Positions 1 to 15,369 of a DNA stretch of 64,000 nt are shown in pieces. The position numbers were made by a program, and so were the translations under genes. The stretch comes from Eledone cirrhosa. Lineage: Eukaryota. The stretch is from contig OZ024751.1 of assembly GCA_964016885.1 (NCBI GenBank), positions 40,858,001 to 40,922,000 on the forward strand. Reading direction: 5' to 3'. Every line of letters starts with the position of its first letter. Position 1 is the first letter of the stretch. The notes under the pieces are model-generated. The model had not been told where the DNA came from and made no database searches. It was given only the letters and a program-made list of their open reading frames with translations.

Positions 1-788
1 ACTTGTCAAGAGTATTGTTTAGCATTATCCAAAAATTATATTTCCAGCCCCCAAATTTATTTTTTTTCCTTCCCTTTAACGGATAATTTTGACATTTGAT
101 AAGAAGCATTCTGGTTTCTGTTGCTCACATAAATGGAAATATTTCACTATATTCGATTTAGTTTATTGTTATTTAACTTTGTTAATGTTAATTTATCGAT
201 CCTTTGGTAACAAAATAAAATAACACGAAACAAAACAGCAACAAAATAAAAGATAAAAGAAAAAAAAGAAAGAAAAATACATGAATCGATTGATTAGCTT
301 TATTTAATAATTTCAACATTTGAACATAATTTTGGGATTGGGTGTCAAAGGTTAGTTAAATTATGGCACATCAATGGAAAAACGAAATGTCGGCATAAGA
401 GAGCATTTCATGAAGAACAACACTTTTATATCCTCCACGGAACTATGACTACAGTGAGAAACAGGATACGTTATTTGTTTTAACAGAGAATAGAGAAACG
501 ATATTGAACATAAAATATTGAGTTATATGTACAATCTATTGGATGTGTCGATATCAATGGTTTTTAATAGGACGTTTCTCATATGTAAACAAAACCAACA
601 ATAACAGAAACAAGAATATAGAAGAGAATAAAAAGGAACTCTTCAATCAGTGGAATAATCCATGTTTATTTAGAGCAGGTTCCAGTGGAGCGATACGACA
701 TCATATTTTGGTTCACAACAGAGTAAGAAAATTACATCCCTGTTGCAACATAGTTAACCAAATGTATTTGTATGCACATTATAAATAT

Positions 789-1385
<597 letters not shown>

Positions 1386-1503
1386 CATATATTATATATG
1401 TATGTATATATATGTATATGTGTAAATTTGTATAAATATATTTGCTTGTGTGTATATATATGTGTATATATATGTATATATATATATATATAGGAAAATG
1501 TAT

Positions 1504-1555
1504 GACCCCGACGGCAGAGCTCAAGCCGTTTCGACGGCTATTTCTGGACTTCATT
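1504..1555 (-). mobile_element. Fragment of TA-embedded element family A (putative hammerhead 3' half)
   Basis: The reverse complement reads ATGA-AGTCCAGAAATAGCCGTC-GAA-ACGGC-TTGAGCTCT-GCCGT-C-GGGGTC. It is homologous to 13163-13369 and 38028-38287. Confidence 0.6.
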
Positions 1556-1560
1556 ATATA

Positions 1561-1660
1561 TCGCCGAGGTTAACTTTGCGTTTCATCCTTACGGGGTCGA
1601 TAAAATAAAGTACCTGTAATGCACTGTGATAATTGCTGGCCTTGTGCCAAAAGTAGAAAC

Positions 1661-1664
<4 letters not shown>
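1561..1664 (+). mobile_element. tRNA-derived SINE (Meta-like central domain), 5'-truncated
   Basis: Carries the family core ...tttcatccttacggggtcgataaaataaagtacc...tgctggccttgtgccaaaagtagaaacaatta, shared with the full copy at 9563-9752. Confidence 0.8.
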
Positions 1665-1733
<69 letters not shown>

Positions 1734-2337
1734 TATATATATATAAGTATATATATATAAGTATATATATATAAGTATATATATATAAGTATATATATAT
1801 AAGTATATATATATAAGTATATATATATAAGTATATATATATAAGTATATATATATAAGTATATATATAAACGTGAGCGCGTGTGTGCGTGTAAATTAAT
1901 CTAGGTAACAAAACTATTTATGAAAAAAAATAACTCCGAACATAAGTCTTCTTGAAATGTTTTCAAATTTAATGGCGAGAGAATTTCTTTGAGTTGGAAT
2001 TTTAATAGGATTTCAATTTTGATTTGGTTTTCCAACATTCATATAATATACAAAAGAATTTCTTTGAGAAAAGAAAATATGAAAATATAGTTTTTATTTA
2101 ATGTTTCCAAAATTGAAATTTCTTTACTTAAAGCCATTCGACACAGTCTGTTTATTCTGGTGGAACGCTTGAGATATATCTATTATAAGACTTGCAAGAA
2201 TAATCTATACTCACTAGTGCTTGAAACATTAGTGGCAATCTTTAGATATATTTAGAAACTCTATGTGGGTAAAAACACCTTCAGTTCCCTCGCACACACA
2301 CACACATACGCACACACATACACACACTTATATATAC

Positions 2338-2424
<87 letters not shown>

Positions 2425-3320
2425 CCACATACATACACACACACACACACAAACACCACACACACACACGCACACCACACACGCACACAAATACCACATA
2501 CATACACACACATACAAACACCATATACACACAAATACACAGACATACAAATACCACACACACACACACGCACATACAAACACACACAGACATACACACA
2601 CAAATACACACATACACACAAACACACACACACATATATATATATATATATTTATATACATACATACAAAAAAAGCTGGTTAATTGAAGAATATATGTTG
2701 TAATATTCAGTAATATAATGACTGGTTTAACGCGCACACATACACATATACACACATACACACAAACACCACATACACACTCACAAATCCACACACACAA
2801 ACACTACACACATACGTTTACATACATACACACATACACACATACACATACACCACACACTCACAGATCCACACCCACATACATATATACACATACATAT
2901 ACATACATACAAAAAAAAAAAGCTTCTGGTTAATTGAAGAATATATGTTGTAATATGCAATGATGTATGACTAGTTTAATGTATATAGCTATTATCTGTT
3001 AATGCTAACGGCCATTGTGTGATAGTTCTAAAAATGTGACTGGCTCTGACGGAACGAAGATGACGAACAGATTTTACTTGCTGTGTTTATTTGAATCTTT
3101 CATGTTTGTGAATTTAAATGTCACCAAGTTTGAGTATTTATTTGCTTTATCAAAACTATAATCTATTTTATGAAATTTATTCATTAAGCAGTTTTAATTT
3201 CTTTCGTCTACTTTTGTATAAACCATGTTGCTTATGACTCCTCGCATAATAAGTTTCACTGAATTCACAAACATCACGTTTTACTCATAAAAAGGCAGAC
3301 AAGTGTGTGTGTATGTATGT

Positions 3321-3822
3321 TCTCTCTTTCTCTTAATTTCGAGTATATTTTTGACCGGCCACCTTCCTGGTGGCAAGGTTGTAAAAGAAAAGAAATTGTC
3401 ATCCCTTGAATCGCAAGAATGTTTTGCAAATTTTGAAGGTGCCAGCTATCGCAGCCATTTGTAGACTATGAATTAGGGAGCTGCGCTCTTTGTCCGCAAA
3501 TACAAGTTCAGTTATACATTGGTCCAAGCGGGTTGGTATATAACCCGTAGCTCCAATAATGATGGGTATGAAGCTAAAGGTGTATCTTGGATACTGGATT
3601 TGCAAACTCCTCATCAATGGTACGTAGATGTCCTCCTACTCCTGTATTTTTCTGACAACGTTTACATCAAGTGGGCAGCTGATCTCCACAACAGAACACG
3701 TTTTCAATGTGTGGTCCCAAACAACAATATCGGGCCGGTTGTGCTTTAATTTGGTGGCAGTTTTTATTTTCAGGTTCCACCAGTATTCCTTAGTGCCATC
3801 TGTCTCAATATATTCTTCCTGA
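3321..3822 (-). mobile_element. 5'-truncated R4/Dong-type non-LTR retrotransposon (restriction-like endonuclease C-terminus plus 3' UTR), pseudogenised
   Basis: The minus strand translates as EYWWNLKIKTATKLKHNRPDIVVWDHTLKTCSVVEISCPLDVNVVRKIQE*EDIYVPLMRSLQIQYPRYTFSFIPIIIGATGYIP, the RPD..E..K RLE motif plus P-I-I-I-G-A-x-G. There is an in-frame stop at 3636-3638. It is flanked on both sides by TGTA/CATA repeats. Confidence 0.85.
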
Positions 3823-4273
3823 TGTATGTATGTATGTATGTATGTATGTATGTATGTATGTATGTATGTATGTATGTATGTGTGAGTGTGTGTATGTGTG
3901 AGTGTATGTGTGTGCGCATGTGCGGTGAGCTTGTTTGCGTGTGTGTGTGTGAGTGTGTGTGAGTTTGTTCTTATGTGTTTGTGTACGTGTGTGTGTGTTT
4001 TTGTTCGTGTGTTCGTGATGTGTGTCTGTGTTTTTGTTCGAGTGTGTGTGTGAGTTTGTTCGTGTGTTCGAGTACGTGTGTGTGTGAGTTTGTTCGTGTG
4101 TGTTCGTGTACGTGTGTGTGCGTTTGTGTGTGAGTCTGTGTGAACGTGTTTATGTGTGTATTTATAGGGTATCTGGTGTCTGGAATTAGCTGCCGAAACG
4201 CTAAGAGCACAGCTGTCGGGGTCCGACTCTCCTTAATATCTCTGATATAGTTGATATCGTACCGACCCACACC

Positions 4274-4593
<320 letters not shown>

Positions 4594-4613
4594 TATATAT
4601 ATATATATATATA

Positions 4614-4674
4614 TGTCTGAGGAAGGCATACCATATTTTTAATATGATATCCCAGAAATATATATAATGAAATA
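4614..4674 (+). ncRNA. Type I hammerhead ribozyme (family B), 5' helix I truncated by (TA)n
   Basis: TGT-CTGAGGA-[helix II AGGCATACCATAT..ATATGATATCCCA]-GAA-ATATATAT-A-ATGAAATA. It is homologous to 45011-45075 and differs at the free N7 position. The element continues to about 4808. Confidence 0.65.
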
Positions 4675-4802
4675 AATATGGTTTTATAAATATAGTTTCC
4701 ATTTGTTTAATATCGTAAACCTACTCCAGAAACTGTTGAGTGCTTTTATATCAGTTATAAAATATTTACTCGTTGTAACCCAACAATCTTAAATAAAACT
4801 TT

Positions 4803-4870
<68 letters not shown>

Positions 4871-4947
4871 TATATATATATATATATACAGTATATATAT
4901 ATAGAGAGATTAGCTAGTTTATATCGTCCCACGCCCTCCTATATACA

Positions 4948-5016
<69 letters not shown>

Positions 5017-5028
5017 TATACATACATA

Positions 5029-5123
<95 letters not shown>

Positions 5124-5483
5124 TATATATATATATATATATATAAACTAGGTAATATATATATAACCTAGTTTATATCGTCCCACACCATCCTATATAT
5201 ATTCTCTGCTATATCTCTGTACATCCAACGGTTTAGTTAGGTTTGGTAGAGTCAATTAATATCTTATCTTACATAGTTCTCTCTTCTCTCTACACATTAG
5301 GCATTCAGGACTATTAAAGACAAAATATTGAATAAACTTATTTCTCTCATCTTCTTATATTGTTGAGTGTCTTTCATCTCTCCTCATCTCTGAAAATGTC
5401 TCTTATTGGAAGTATATTACCGTAGTGTCGTATGAAATAATAACCGTCCTAATCTCAGGCAGAAAAACAAAACAAAACAAAAC

Positions 5484-5515
<32 letters not shown>

Positions 5516-5697
5516 TAAAACCAAAACCCCCCAAAAAAACAACAAAAAACAAAACAATTTCGAGTGATTCTTGTGTTCTGGAAAATAATAGACAGATAAT
5601 GTCTAATGCCATATCAGCCGAGAGGAGGATGTAAAAAAATACATACAAACACACACACACACATATATATATATATACAAACATATACACACAGACA

Positions 5698-5764
<67 letters not shown>

Positions 5765-5955
5765 ATTTATATATGTATGCATGTGTATTTATATATGTAT
5801 GTATGCATCTCCCTCTCCTTTTCTCTCTCGCCTCTGTGTATGTATATATATATATACACACAGTTACGTATATATATATGTATATGATATGTATATATAT
5901 GTATATTATATGTATATATATATGTATATTATATGAATATATGTATATATATATG

Positions 5956-6033
<78 letters not shown>

Positions 6034-6605
6034 AGAAAGAGAGATAGATAGATATGCAATGTATATCAAGTATATATTTTTTATTCTTTCTATGCTATGT
6101 ATGCACATGTATGTATGTGAATGCGAGTATATAGCATGTTGAAATTATAAAAAACAAAGATAATAGTATTAAAGTATAGATGTTCCAGTTATGTCAACGA
6201 TATACATTCTTTTAAGTACAGGAAATTGAAAAAGTAATTACCCATGCACACTTATATATTCCAATATCAATAATGTTACCATTTCTCTCTTTTGCTTGCC
6301 GACTTCAACAAAGTCTTTTTAGTAATTGTGATGCAACTATGGCGGTTATGGCGGTTATAGCAGCAATGGCGGTTTTGTCGGTAAAGGTGGTAATGGCGGT
6401 AATGGCGGTTATGGCGACTAAACATCGTCTGCTGAAGGTGAAACGTCAACCAGGAAATGAATCGGTGCCAGTCACAACTTCAATTTCCTCTAATAACAGC
6501 AAACGCCACGAGAAGAGAATAGTAAAATAAAATTTATTAAATGAGAATATTCTTCGAAATCACCCCCCCCCCCCTCATATATATATATATATACATATAT
6601 ATACC

Positions 6606-6636
<31 letters not shown>

Positions 6637-6730
6637 TATGTATGTGTGTGTACGAACATGTGTATATATATATATATATGTATATATACATAGAGAGAGA
6701 GAGATGTATGTATACAGATAGATAGATACG

Positions 6731-6837
<107 letters not shown>

Positions 6838-7146
6838 GGGGGGAGAGAAAGAAAGAGAGAGAGAGAGAATTTGCTAGCCATACCATTAAACTTAGAAGCT
6901 AGTGAACATTAATCATAAATAGAAATAGATAAATTAAGTCCCAGACTGAAATATGTGCTGGGGGTCAATATGATCGACTAAAACTTCGAAGGAAGTGCCC
7001 CAGCATGACCGCAGTGAAATGACTGAAAGCAATAAAAATAATTAAACAACATTTGGAAAAAAAAAAAAAAATTCATTGACGAGAGCCAAACCATCAACGA
7101 ACGCAATACATATTTTATATTGTTAGACTTCACTTGTTCAATGTAG

Positions 7147-7335
7147 TTGTTTCTACTTTTGGCACAAGGCCAGCAATTACCCCAGTGCATTACTGGTACT
7201 TTATTTTATCGACCCCGTAAGGATGAAAGGTAAAGTTAACCTCGGCGGGATTTGAACTAGGATCATAAAGGGCCGTAACTCTATGTTGCAAAGCAAGGCG
7301 TCCAACCCTCTACCGATTACTGCCAACCCACCGTC
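7147..7335 (-). mobile_element. tRNA-derived SINE (Meta-like), near full length
   Basis: Reverse complement of the 9563-9752 consensus, including the B box (ggatttgaact on +). Confidence 0.85.
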
Positions 7336-7489
7336 CTCTGTATTAATGTAGGCATTAATATGTATTTGTTGTTACTGTTGTTGTTACAGCTAACGTCTGT
7401 GTTTAGCAGGCCTCCCACGAACTTGTATCTCATAGATTTCTCTGATGTTTTTATGACAGGAGGCCCTAGGCCCTAGTCTTATGATGTAA

Positions 7490-7700
7490 AAACTATCCCC
7501 TGGACCGGACGCCAGTCCATTGCTGAGGTTAATCCTATCTGCTGCTATAACTCATTCCCTCCCACCCCAGCAGCGTTGACTTGAGCAACATGGAATGAAA
7601 GATTTTGTTTTAGGAAGGACAAAACACATTGATCGGTCCAGGAATCGAACCCACGACTTTATGATCGTAAATTAAGCACACAAAACAGTAGATCATGTGT
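7490..7700 (-). mobile_element. Old tRNA-derived SINE of a second family
   Basis: Reverse B box ggaatcgaaccc and body ggacgccagtcc. Related to 56560-56950 and 48540-48690. Confidence 0.6.
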
Positions 7701-9562
7701 CTTTTCTATTTTAAATAACAGCAGTGAAATAAATTTACTGAACTTGCACTTATTCAGCTAGAAATATGGAGGCATTCCAAATTAACAACATACAGAGAAA
7801 TCCTTTTCATTTAGCGTCAGATGTACTTACAAAGATATCTGTATGTGACTTAAAGCATTTTTACCCAGAAAATATAACAATAATGCGACCAATTACGGTA
7901 TTAAATCGTAATTATATTATATATTTGAATAGTGTGTTTCTTATCAGTGAAACATTTATCGTAATCAACAAAGACTAAACGTGTTTCTAAACTAATTTTA
8001 ATGTAGTATCTATTTCCAACTACAAATAAATGTTTTAAATGATACCATTATTGGTGTGAAAATAGTCCCCGATAGTGCCTAGACTAGCAATTAAATGTCT
8101 GCGTCATATATTAATACTTCTGTCTAAGGCTATGAACGCCATAAAATTTCATTTTCTTCCCCTTATAATACTGAAATATTATATTTATATCAAAAACAGA
8201 ATTAGATTAACCGAGTATAGGAAAAGTTACGAGAATAACCAAGGGGGTGGGGTGAGATGAGGATGCAAAGTATGAGAAGGAAGAACTAACAGGGTCCATC
8301 GAAAAGAGGGTCCAGGAAAAGGGAAACTCAATTAATCTCTTAACTGAACTATTGCTTCTCTTTTGTATTTAGGGAGGGCAGTGAATTAGCAGAGTCGTTA
8401 AAACGTTGGATAGAAAACTTTGAGTTATTCGTTCCAGTTCTCTGTTCTCTCTGCGTTCAAATCCCGCTGAGGTTAACTTTGCTTTTCACCCTTTCGAGGC
8501 CGATGAAAAAAATATCAGTCCAGTCCAGTATTGGGGTCGATTCTTTCTTTGTATTCTCAGTATATCTTTCTCAATTCCTCTTTATCACACTCTCTTCCTC
8601 CTCCCATCTTTCTCTCTCCTTCTTTAAAGATATCAAATGTGTTTAGACCTGGAGAGGTGATGAGCTCCGTAAGATTTAAAATGTCAAAGTCGCGCCGCAT
8701 GTTACTACGTCGCTCCTACGATTCCACCAAGATTTACGTATTCATGCATTTGCATTTTTAGGAATAAATAAATAACTAATTAAGCAACTTGTTATCTGTA
8801 TATTTATCATGTTTTACTTGTTTCTTCTCCTTCTTAGTTCTGAAATTTAGACCTCATTGGTGATAAATTTTATCCCTCGCAGATCAATAGAAAACCTTTC
8901 CAGTGTACTAGCTAGATTTCACACTTGGAAGGTTTGTGTCGAGTCAGAGGAAACATGTTTATCATCTCGTGCAGAAAGAGAAATTTTATTTTGATAACCG
9001 ATCGAAGTTACTTCACATTTACAGACAACTAACTTTGATAAATCGTCAACAATGAAGAATCCTTTTCTTATAAATCTGGGACCTTTTATATTTTAATTTC
9101 ATTTATTTTTGTTTTTGCTTGTTCAAAAGAAATCAATGATTTGAATATTCATAATGATATGAAGTATTCAGGTTATGCCCGGAGACGTTGAAATGTAAGC
9201 GTATCCATCCATGTATACTCTAATGCTATTTGCATTTTAATGATTGATATCTTAAGATAAACTAGACGTACCGTTACCCAATGCCTCTTTTAATGTAGAG
9301 AAACGTTAAAGAAACGGTATTTCAATACTGGCCATAGCACTTGCTACTGTTCTTTTGAAAATAGAGTGAAACGGTTTAAAGAAACGTTATTTCAATACTG
9401 GTTCTAACGCTAGTACCGTTTGTTTGAAGAAACCTTACTTCAATACCAAAGATACTGTTATCCAAGTTATAAAGAAACATTATTTCGAGGGTTAAGGTAC
9501 CATCATCCATTGCCTCTTTGAAGGTGGAGCAAAACAATTTAAAGGAACATTATTTCAATACA

Positions 9563-9752
9563 GGGCGGTGGATTGGCAGTATCGGTAGAGGGTCGGACGC
9601 CATGCTTTGCAGCACAGTTACGTCCCTTTACGATCTGAGTTCAAATCCCGCCGAGGTTGACTTTGCCTTTCATCCTTACGGGGTCGATAAAATAAAGTAC
9701 CAGTAATGCACTGGGTAATTGCTGACCTTGTGCCTAAAGTAGAAACAATTAT
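9563..9752 (+). mobile_element. Full-length tRNA-derived SINE (Meta-like domain) with target-site duplication
   Basis: A box TGGCAGTATCGG, B box GAGTTCAAATCC, central GCCTTTCATCCTTACGGGGTCGATAAAATAAAGTACCAG. Flanking direct repeat attatttcaatac at 9549-9561 and 9748-9760. Confidence 0.9.
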
Positions 9753-10149
9753 TTCAATACTGGACATATTATTATCTATTGTTCACTTGAAAATAGAGTT
9801 AAATGACTTGATCCCAGGCTCAGCTAGCTCCGACTGACAGTAGCTGGAATGGGCCTTTGTCCAGGTTTACAGAACCACTTCCCCTTGAGATTAATTTTCG
9901 GCCTGTATTAAGAAGCGAAGAGGGATGGAATGCGAGGCTAGCAATCTTGCCTCTATTAATCAACATTGCTATAGAAACGACTAAAATCATTCAATTCTCC
10001 ATATGGAGCAAAAAGGAACTACAGAAGAACTCACTTTGATAAACCGCCAACAACAACCTCTCCTATTCCTTGTCCTATAAACATGGGACCTTTCTTTGTT
10101 TTTTTTTCCTTGTTTAGAAGCTTGGCTTGTATAGTCATATAATCATAAT

Positions 10150-10345
10150 AGCACACGGCCAACAAACTAGGAAAGTCGATTAAATTGATCTCAGTACGTT
10201 ACTGGTACTTTATTTTATCGACCCCATAAGGATGAAAGGCAAAGCTAATCTCGGCAGTGTTTGAACTCAGAACGAAAAGGGACGTAACTTTATGCCACAA
10301 AGAATGTTGTCCGAACTTCTACCGTTACTGACAATCCACCGCCAT
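10150..10345 (-). mobile_element. tRNA-derived SINE (Meta-like)
   Basis: Reverse complement of the family core and head (actggtactttattttatcgacccc...aatccaccgcc). Confidence 0.8.
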
Positions 10346-10489
10346 AATTCATATATTTATAATAACATGTATTATTCAGACGACCCCCAGAGACGTTGAA
10401 ATGTAAACTTTGGCGTTCAGATATATTCCAATGTTATTTGCATATAAAATGATTGATATTTTAAGATAAACGATAGTCTCCACTAGGAA

Positions 10490-10980
10490 TGGTAACGGAA
10501 CGGTGTATTCGCTTGATTTACGACTTAACCATCATTCCCCTGTGCTTCATTGATGCATTTATGTTGGACCTCCGTCTGATCTGACGACGACTGTTTCAGT
10601 TGATAGCGACCGACGGAACATTCCGCTCTGGAATTTTACGGGACAAGTCACTCAGCATTCCACAGACACGTGTACCTTTAATGGAGTTCTCAGAGTGATC
10701 TAGCGTGACACACTGTGTGACAAGGCTGGCCTTTTCAATTACAGGTACAACTAATTATTTAGTCACAGCTGAGTGGACTGAGTCAACGTGGTGAGAAACT
10801 CTCAGGAGAGCTGGGCAGCAGGTCTGTAGAGAAGAACCCTCCTAATGCAAGTGTTTCGACATTTAATTTCTTACACATTTAAAGGCGTGACCCACATCAA
10901 GGTTATGACTTCTGGGTGTCCTGATCAAAGACACAACGCGCTGCCGGGAGTCGAACGTACCACCTTACGATCGAGAGCCA
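10490..10980 (-). mobile_element. Older tRNA-headed SINE interrupted by another repeat fragment
   Basis: Body cattccacagacacgtgtacc...gtgacaaggctggcc recurs at 25330-25590 and 30480-30900. Reverse B box ggagtcgaac near 10947. The insert gagaaactctcaggagagctggg (about 10791-10860) recurs at about 59390-59460. Confidence 0.6.
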
Positions 10981-11017
10981 GAATGAAATACTGATATTCA
11001 AAAAAAATTATAATTTA

Positions 11018-11805
11018 CTTGGCAGAATCGGTACAGGGTTGGACACAATGCTTTGCAGCATAGAGTTACGGCCCTTTACGTTCTGAGTTCAAATCCCGCC
11101 GAGGTTAACTTTGCCTTTTATCCTTACGGGGTCGATAAAATAAAGCACCAGTAATGCACTGGATAGTTGCTAGCCTTGTGTCAAAAGTAGAAACAATTAT
11201 TTAACACTTTCAAAGAGTAAACTCTGAAGAAATAATCTTCTAGTATTTCTTGTTTTAACTTATTGAGATGGTGAATAGTGTTTTTTGATAATCGAAATTG
11301 CAGTAAGGGAGAGCTATCTTATTTTAGGTTGCTTTACTAAGTCTCTACCCGCAGTACCAGTAATGCACTGGGGTAATTGTTGACCTTGTGCCAAAAGTAG
11401 AAACAATTATTTTTATAATTGTTTCTACGTTAGGCACAAGGCCAGCAATTACCCAGTGCATTACTGGTACTTTATTTTATCGACCCCGTAAGGATGAAAG
11501 TCAAAGTCAACCTCGGCGGGATTTGAACTCAGATCGTAAAGGGACATAACTATGCTGGAAAGCATGGCGTCCGACCCTCTACCGATACTGCCAATCCAAA
11601 ATAATGATGAAAAAAGGGCGGTGAATGACAGTATCGATAGAGCATCGAACAACATGCTTTGTGGCATATAGTTACGAAGTTAGCTTTGCCTTTCATCTTA
11701 ACGGGGCTCGATAAACTAAAGTAGCATTAATGCATAAGGGTCGATTTAATCGACTTTACTCTCCCCGAAAATTGTTGGCCTTGTGCTTAATACAGAAACC
11801 ATTTC
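11018..11805. mobile_element. Cluster of Meta-like SINE copies (+ 11018-11202; + tail 11355-11412; - 11416-11597; + 11616-11805)
   Basis: Repeated matches to the 9563-9752 consensus in both orientations. Confidence 0.85.
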
Positions 11806-12222
11806 TATAACGACGAAATACATTTGACTAGGTTTAATCTAAATATAATCAATATTTATTGAGAGAATGGTTGTACAATAGTCCTTAATATATAAATGTG
11901 ATTTATTTTAACTGAAGCCTGAATCATATTGATCCAAATATACTGAACTATTCAGTGATGTGTCCTCCTATGAATATAAGGAGGAAATAAAACCTAGATT
12001 TTTATAAAAGAAGGTTTGTATATAAATAAAGATAAAAGGAATTGTTCTGAAATAAAAGGAAGCCTTAGTTTTTCGATTTATTATTATTATTATTTTTGTT
12101 GTTTTTTGGCAGTGCTTGTTGCTGGTGATTTACTGCTGCAATAATTTCAATTTTTATACTGAAAAGAAATACTCTTAATTTGACATACGTGTCGGGGATA
12201 TCGCTTCTCAGAACGGAAAGAG

Positions 12223-12302
<80 letters not shown>

Positions 12303-12312
12303 ATATATTATG

Positions 12313-12384
<72 letters not shown>

Positions 12385-12651
12385 TACATATATATATATA
12401 CATGCATACACATATATTTATGTATGTGTATATATATATATATATCTATATATTCATACACATATATACATACATACACACACATACACATACACATATA
12501 TATATATATATGTGTGTGTGTGTATGTATGTATATATATATGCGTATGAATATATATATATATATATACATACATAAATATAGGTGTATGCATGTATATA
12601 TATATGTATGATTATATATATATATATATATATACATACATATCATATGTA

Positions 12652-12699
<48 letters not shown>

Positions 12700-12814
12700 C
12701 ACACAGAGGTATCCACAGTAAGTATACCTACAATGTATTATGATCATCTAGAAACGATCGTAAAGCAGTGAAGTATATCTCTAATGACTTGATTTTTTTA
12801 TTTCATTGTTTTAA

Positions 12815-12854
<40 letters not shown>

Positions 12855-12921
12855 TATATTTCTGCAGATATTTATAAATGTATAAAAACACACGTACGCA
12901 CACATATATGTATATGTATGC

Positions 12922-12985
<64 letters not shown>

Positions 12986-13121
12986 GTATATGTTCATGTC
13001 GTGCTTTCTTCCTTCCCAGTATTTGTACGTATCATTGTCTTATTGATTAAGTAGCTTCAAACTCTCATGCGAGATAGTATTCTGTACTAAGGTATAAATA
13101 ATCTCTCTGGTTTACCCCAAA

Positions 13122-13162
<41 letters not shown>

Positions 13163-13166
<4 letters not shown>

Positions 13167-13364
13167 CGAAGGAAATGTGGTAAGGAACCAGGTGGACCAT
13201 AACGCACCAAAGTACTCAATACTTGAGGTAGTAGAGTGGGTAATAGGAACCAGTAAGACCCCGACAGCTGAGCTCAAGCCGTTTCGACGGCTAATTCTGG
13301 ACTGAATTAGTCCAGAATTAGCCGTCGAAACGGCTTGAGCTCAGCTGTCGGGGTCTTACTGGTT

Positions 13365-13369
<5 letters not shown>
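13163..13369. mobile_element. Family A TA-embedded element with a perfect fold-back of about 61 bp
   Basis: Arms 13243-13303 and 13309-13369 are reverse complements with a 5-nt loop. (TA)n on both sides. Confidence 0.85.
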
Positions 13370-13448
<79 letters not shown>

Positions 13449-13889
13449 CATATATATATAGATATATACACACACACACAAGCTCATGCACACACATATA
13501 CACACAAATGTACCCAATTCCACAATATATAAACACACTCACACACACTCACACACACTCACACACACTCACACAACAAACGCATTCACATGCACACGTA
13601 CGCACACACAAACGCATACGTACACGCAAGTACACACAAACGCATGCACATGCACATGCACGCACACACATACTCAGGAAAACGCACATAAACACTTACA
13701 CGCACATAAACATAAGCCTTTGCATTCACACATATACACATACACACAGACACACATAAACACTCACAGACACACACACACACACACACAATATATGTAG
13801 CTGAAATCGATGTGCATTTTATTGCATTACGATGTATTTAAGTATTTTTTATTCGTATTTGCATACTTTCGTGTTCATATCGATTTTTG

Positions 13890-14780
13890 TAGCATACAAC
13901 ATGTATGTTTGTATGTATGTTTGTGTGTTTGTATGTTTGTGTGCATGTATGTATGTATGTATGTATGTATGTATGTTTGTGTGTTTGCATGTATGTATAT
14001 ATGTATGTATCCATGTATGTATGTATGTTTGTATATATGTTTGTGTGTTTGTATGTTTGTGTGCATGTATGTATATATCCATGTATGTATGTATGTATGT
14101 ATGTATGTATGTATGTTTGTGTGCATGTATGTATGTATGTTTGTATGTATTATATATTATTTATGTGTCTATGCATGTATTATATATGTGTCTATGTATG
14201 TATGCACGAATGTATGTATGTTTGTATGTATGTATGTTTTTGTGTTTGAATGTATGTATATATCCGTGTATGTATGTATGTATGTATGTATGTATGTATG
14301 TATGTATGTATGTATGTATGTATGTATGTATGTATGTATGTATGTATGTATGCATGTATGTATGTATGTATGTATGGTTGTGCATTTGCATGTATGTATG
14401 TATGTGTGCATGTATGAATGTATGTTTGTATGTATTATATATGTGTCTATGCATGTATTATATATGTGTCTATGTATGTATGTATGCACGAATGTATGTA
14501 TATTTGTGTGTATGTTTGTATGCATGTATTTATGTTTGTGTATTTGCATGTATATATGCATATATGTATTTATGTATGCATGTATGTAAGTAAATATGTG
14601 TGTTTGTATGTGCGTGTGTGTGTATGTGTTTATGTTTGTGTGTGTCTATGCATATTTATGTATATTTATGTATTTCAGTATGTATATATATATGAGTGTG
14701 TGCGTCTGTACGTTTATGTATATGTGTGTATATATATATGTGTGTGTGTATTTATGTACATTTATGTATATTTATGCATT
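13890..14780. repeat. Degenerate (TGTA)n microsatellite array
   Basis: Long imperfect tetranucleotide repeat that produces the MYVC/CMYV pseudo-ORFs. Confidence 0.9.
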
Positions 14781-14970
14781 AAGCCGAAATATATCACAAT
14801 TTATGCGGACTTTTTTTAAATACAGATATACGACACTCGCATAGATTAATTCATATAGAGGAAGACATGCACATAGAAGCGTATACATATGTGTGAGTGA
14901 GTGTATATATTTGTGTGGGTGTATATAAATTTATATATATATATATTATATATATATATTTATATATATA

Positions 14971-15036
<66 letters not shown>

Positions 15037-15082
15037 CGTAAAATAAGAAAATTATAAAATTAACTTACTTACTAAAATATCA

Positions 15083-15178
<96 letters not shown>

Positions 15179-15265
15179 ACTGCATATATATATTTATATA
15201 TATATATATATATATATACATATATATATGTCTGTGTTTGTGTGTATAGAGATAGATAGATAGAT

Positions 15266-15329
<64 letters not shown>

Positions 15330-15334
15330 AGAAA

Positions 15335-15369
<35 letters not shown>

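Noticed and set aside
8883-8931. Candidate 49-nt + strand exon (cgcag..AAG|gtttgt)
   Set aside because: It is isolated, with no partner exons or recognisable peptide.
9563-9660. tRNA gene
   Set aside because: A and B boxes are present, but they continue into a multi-copy SINE body and tail with no proper cloverleaf.
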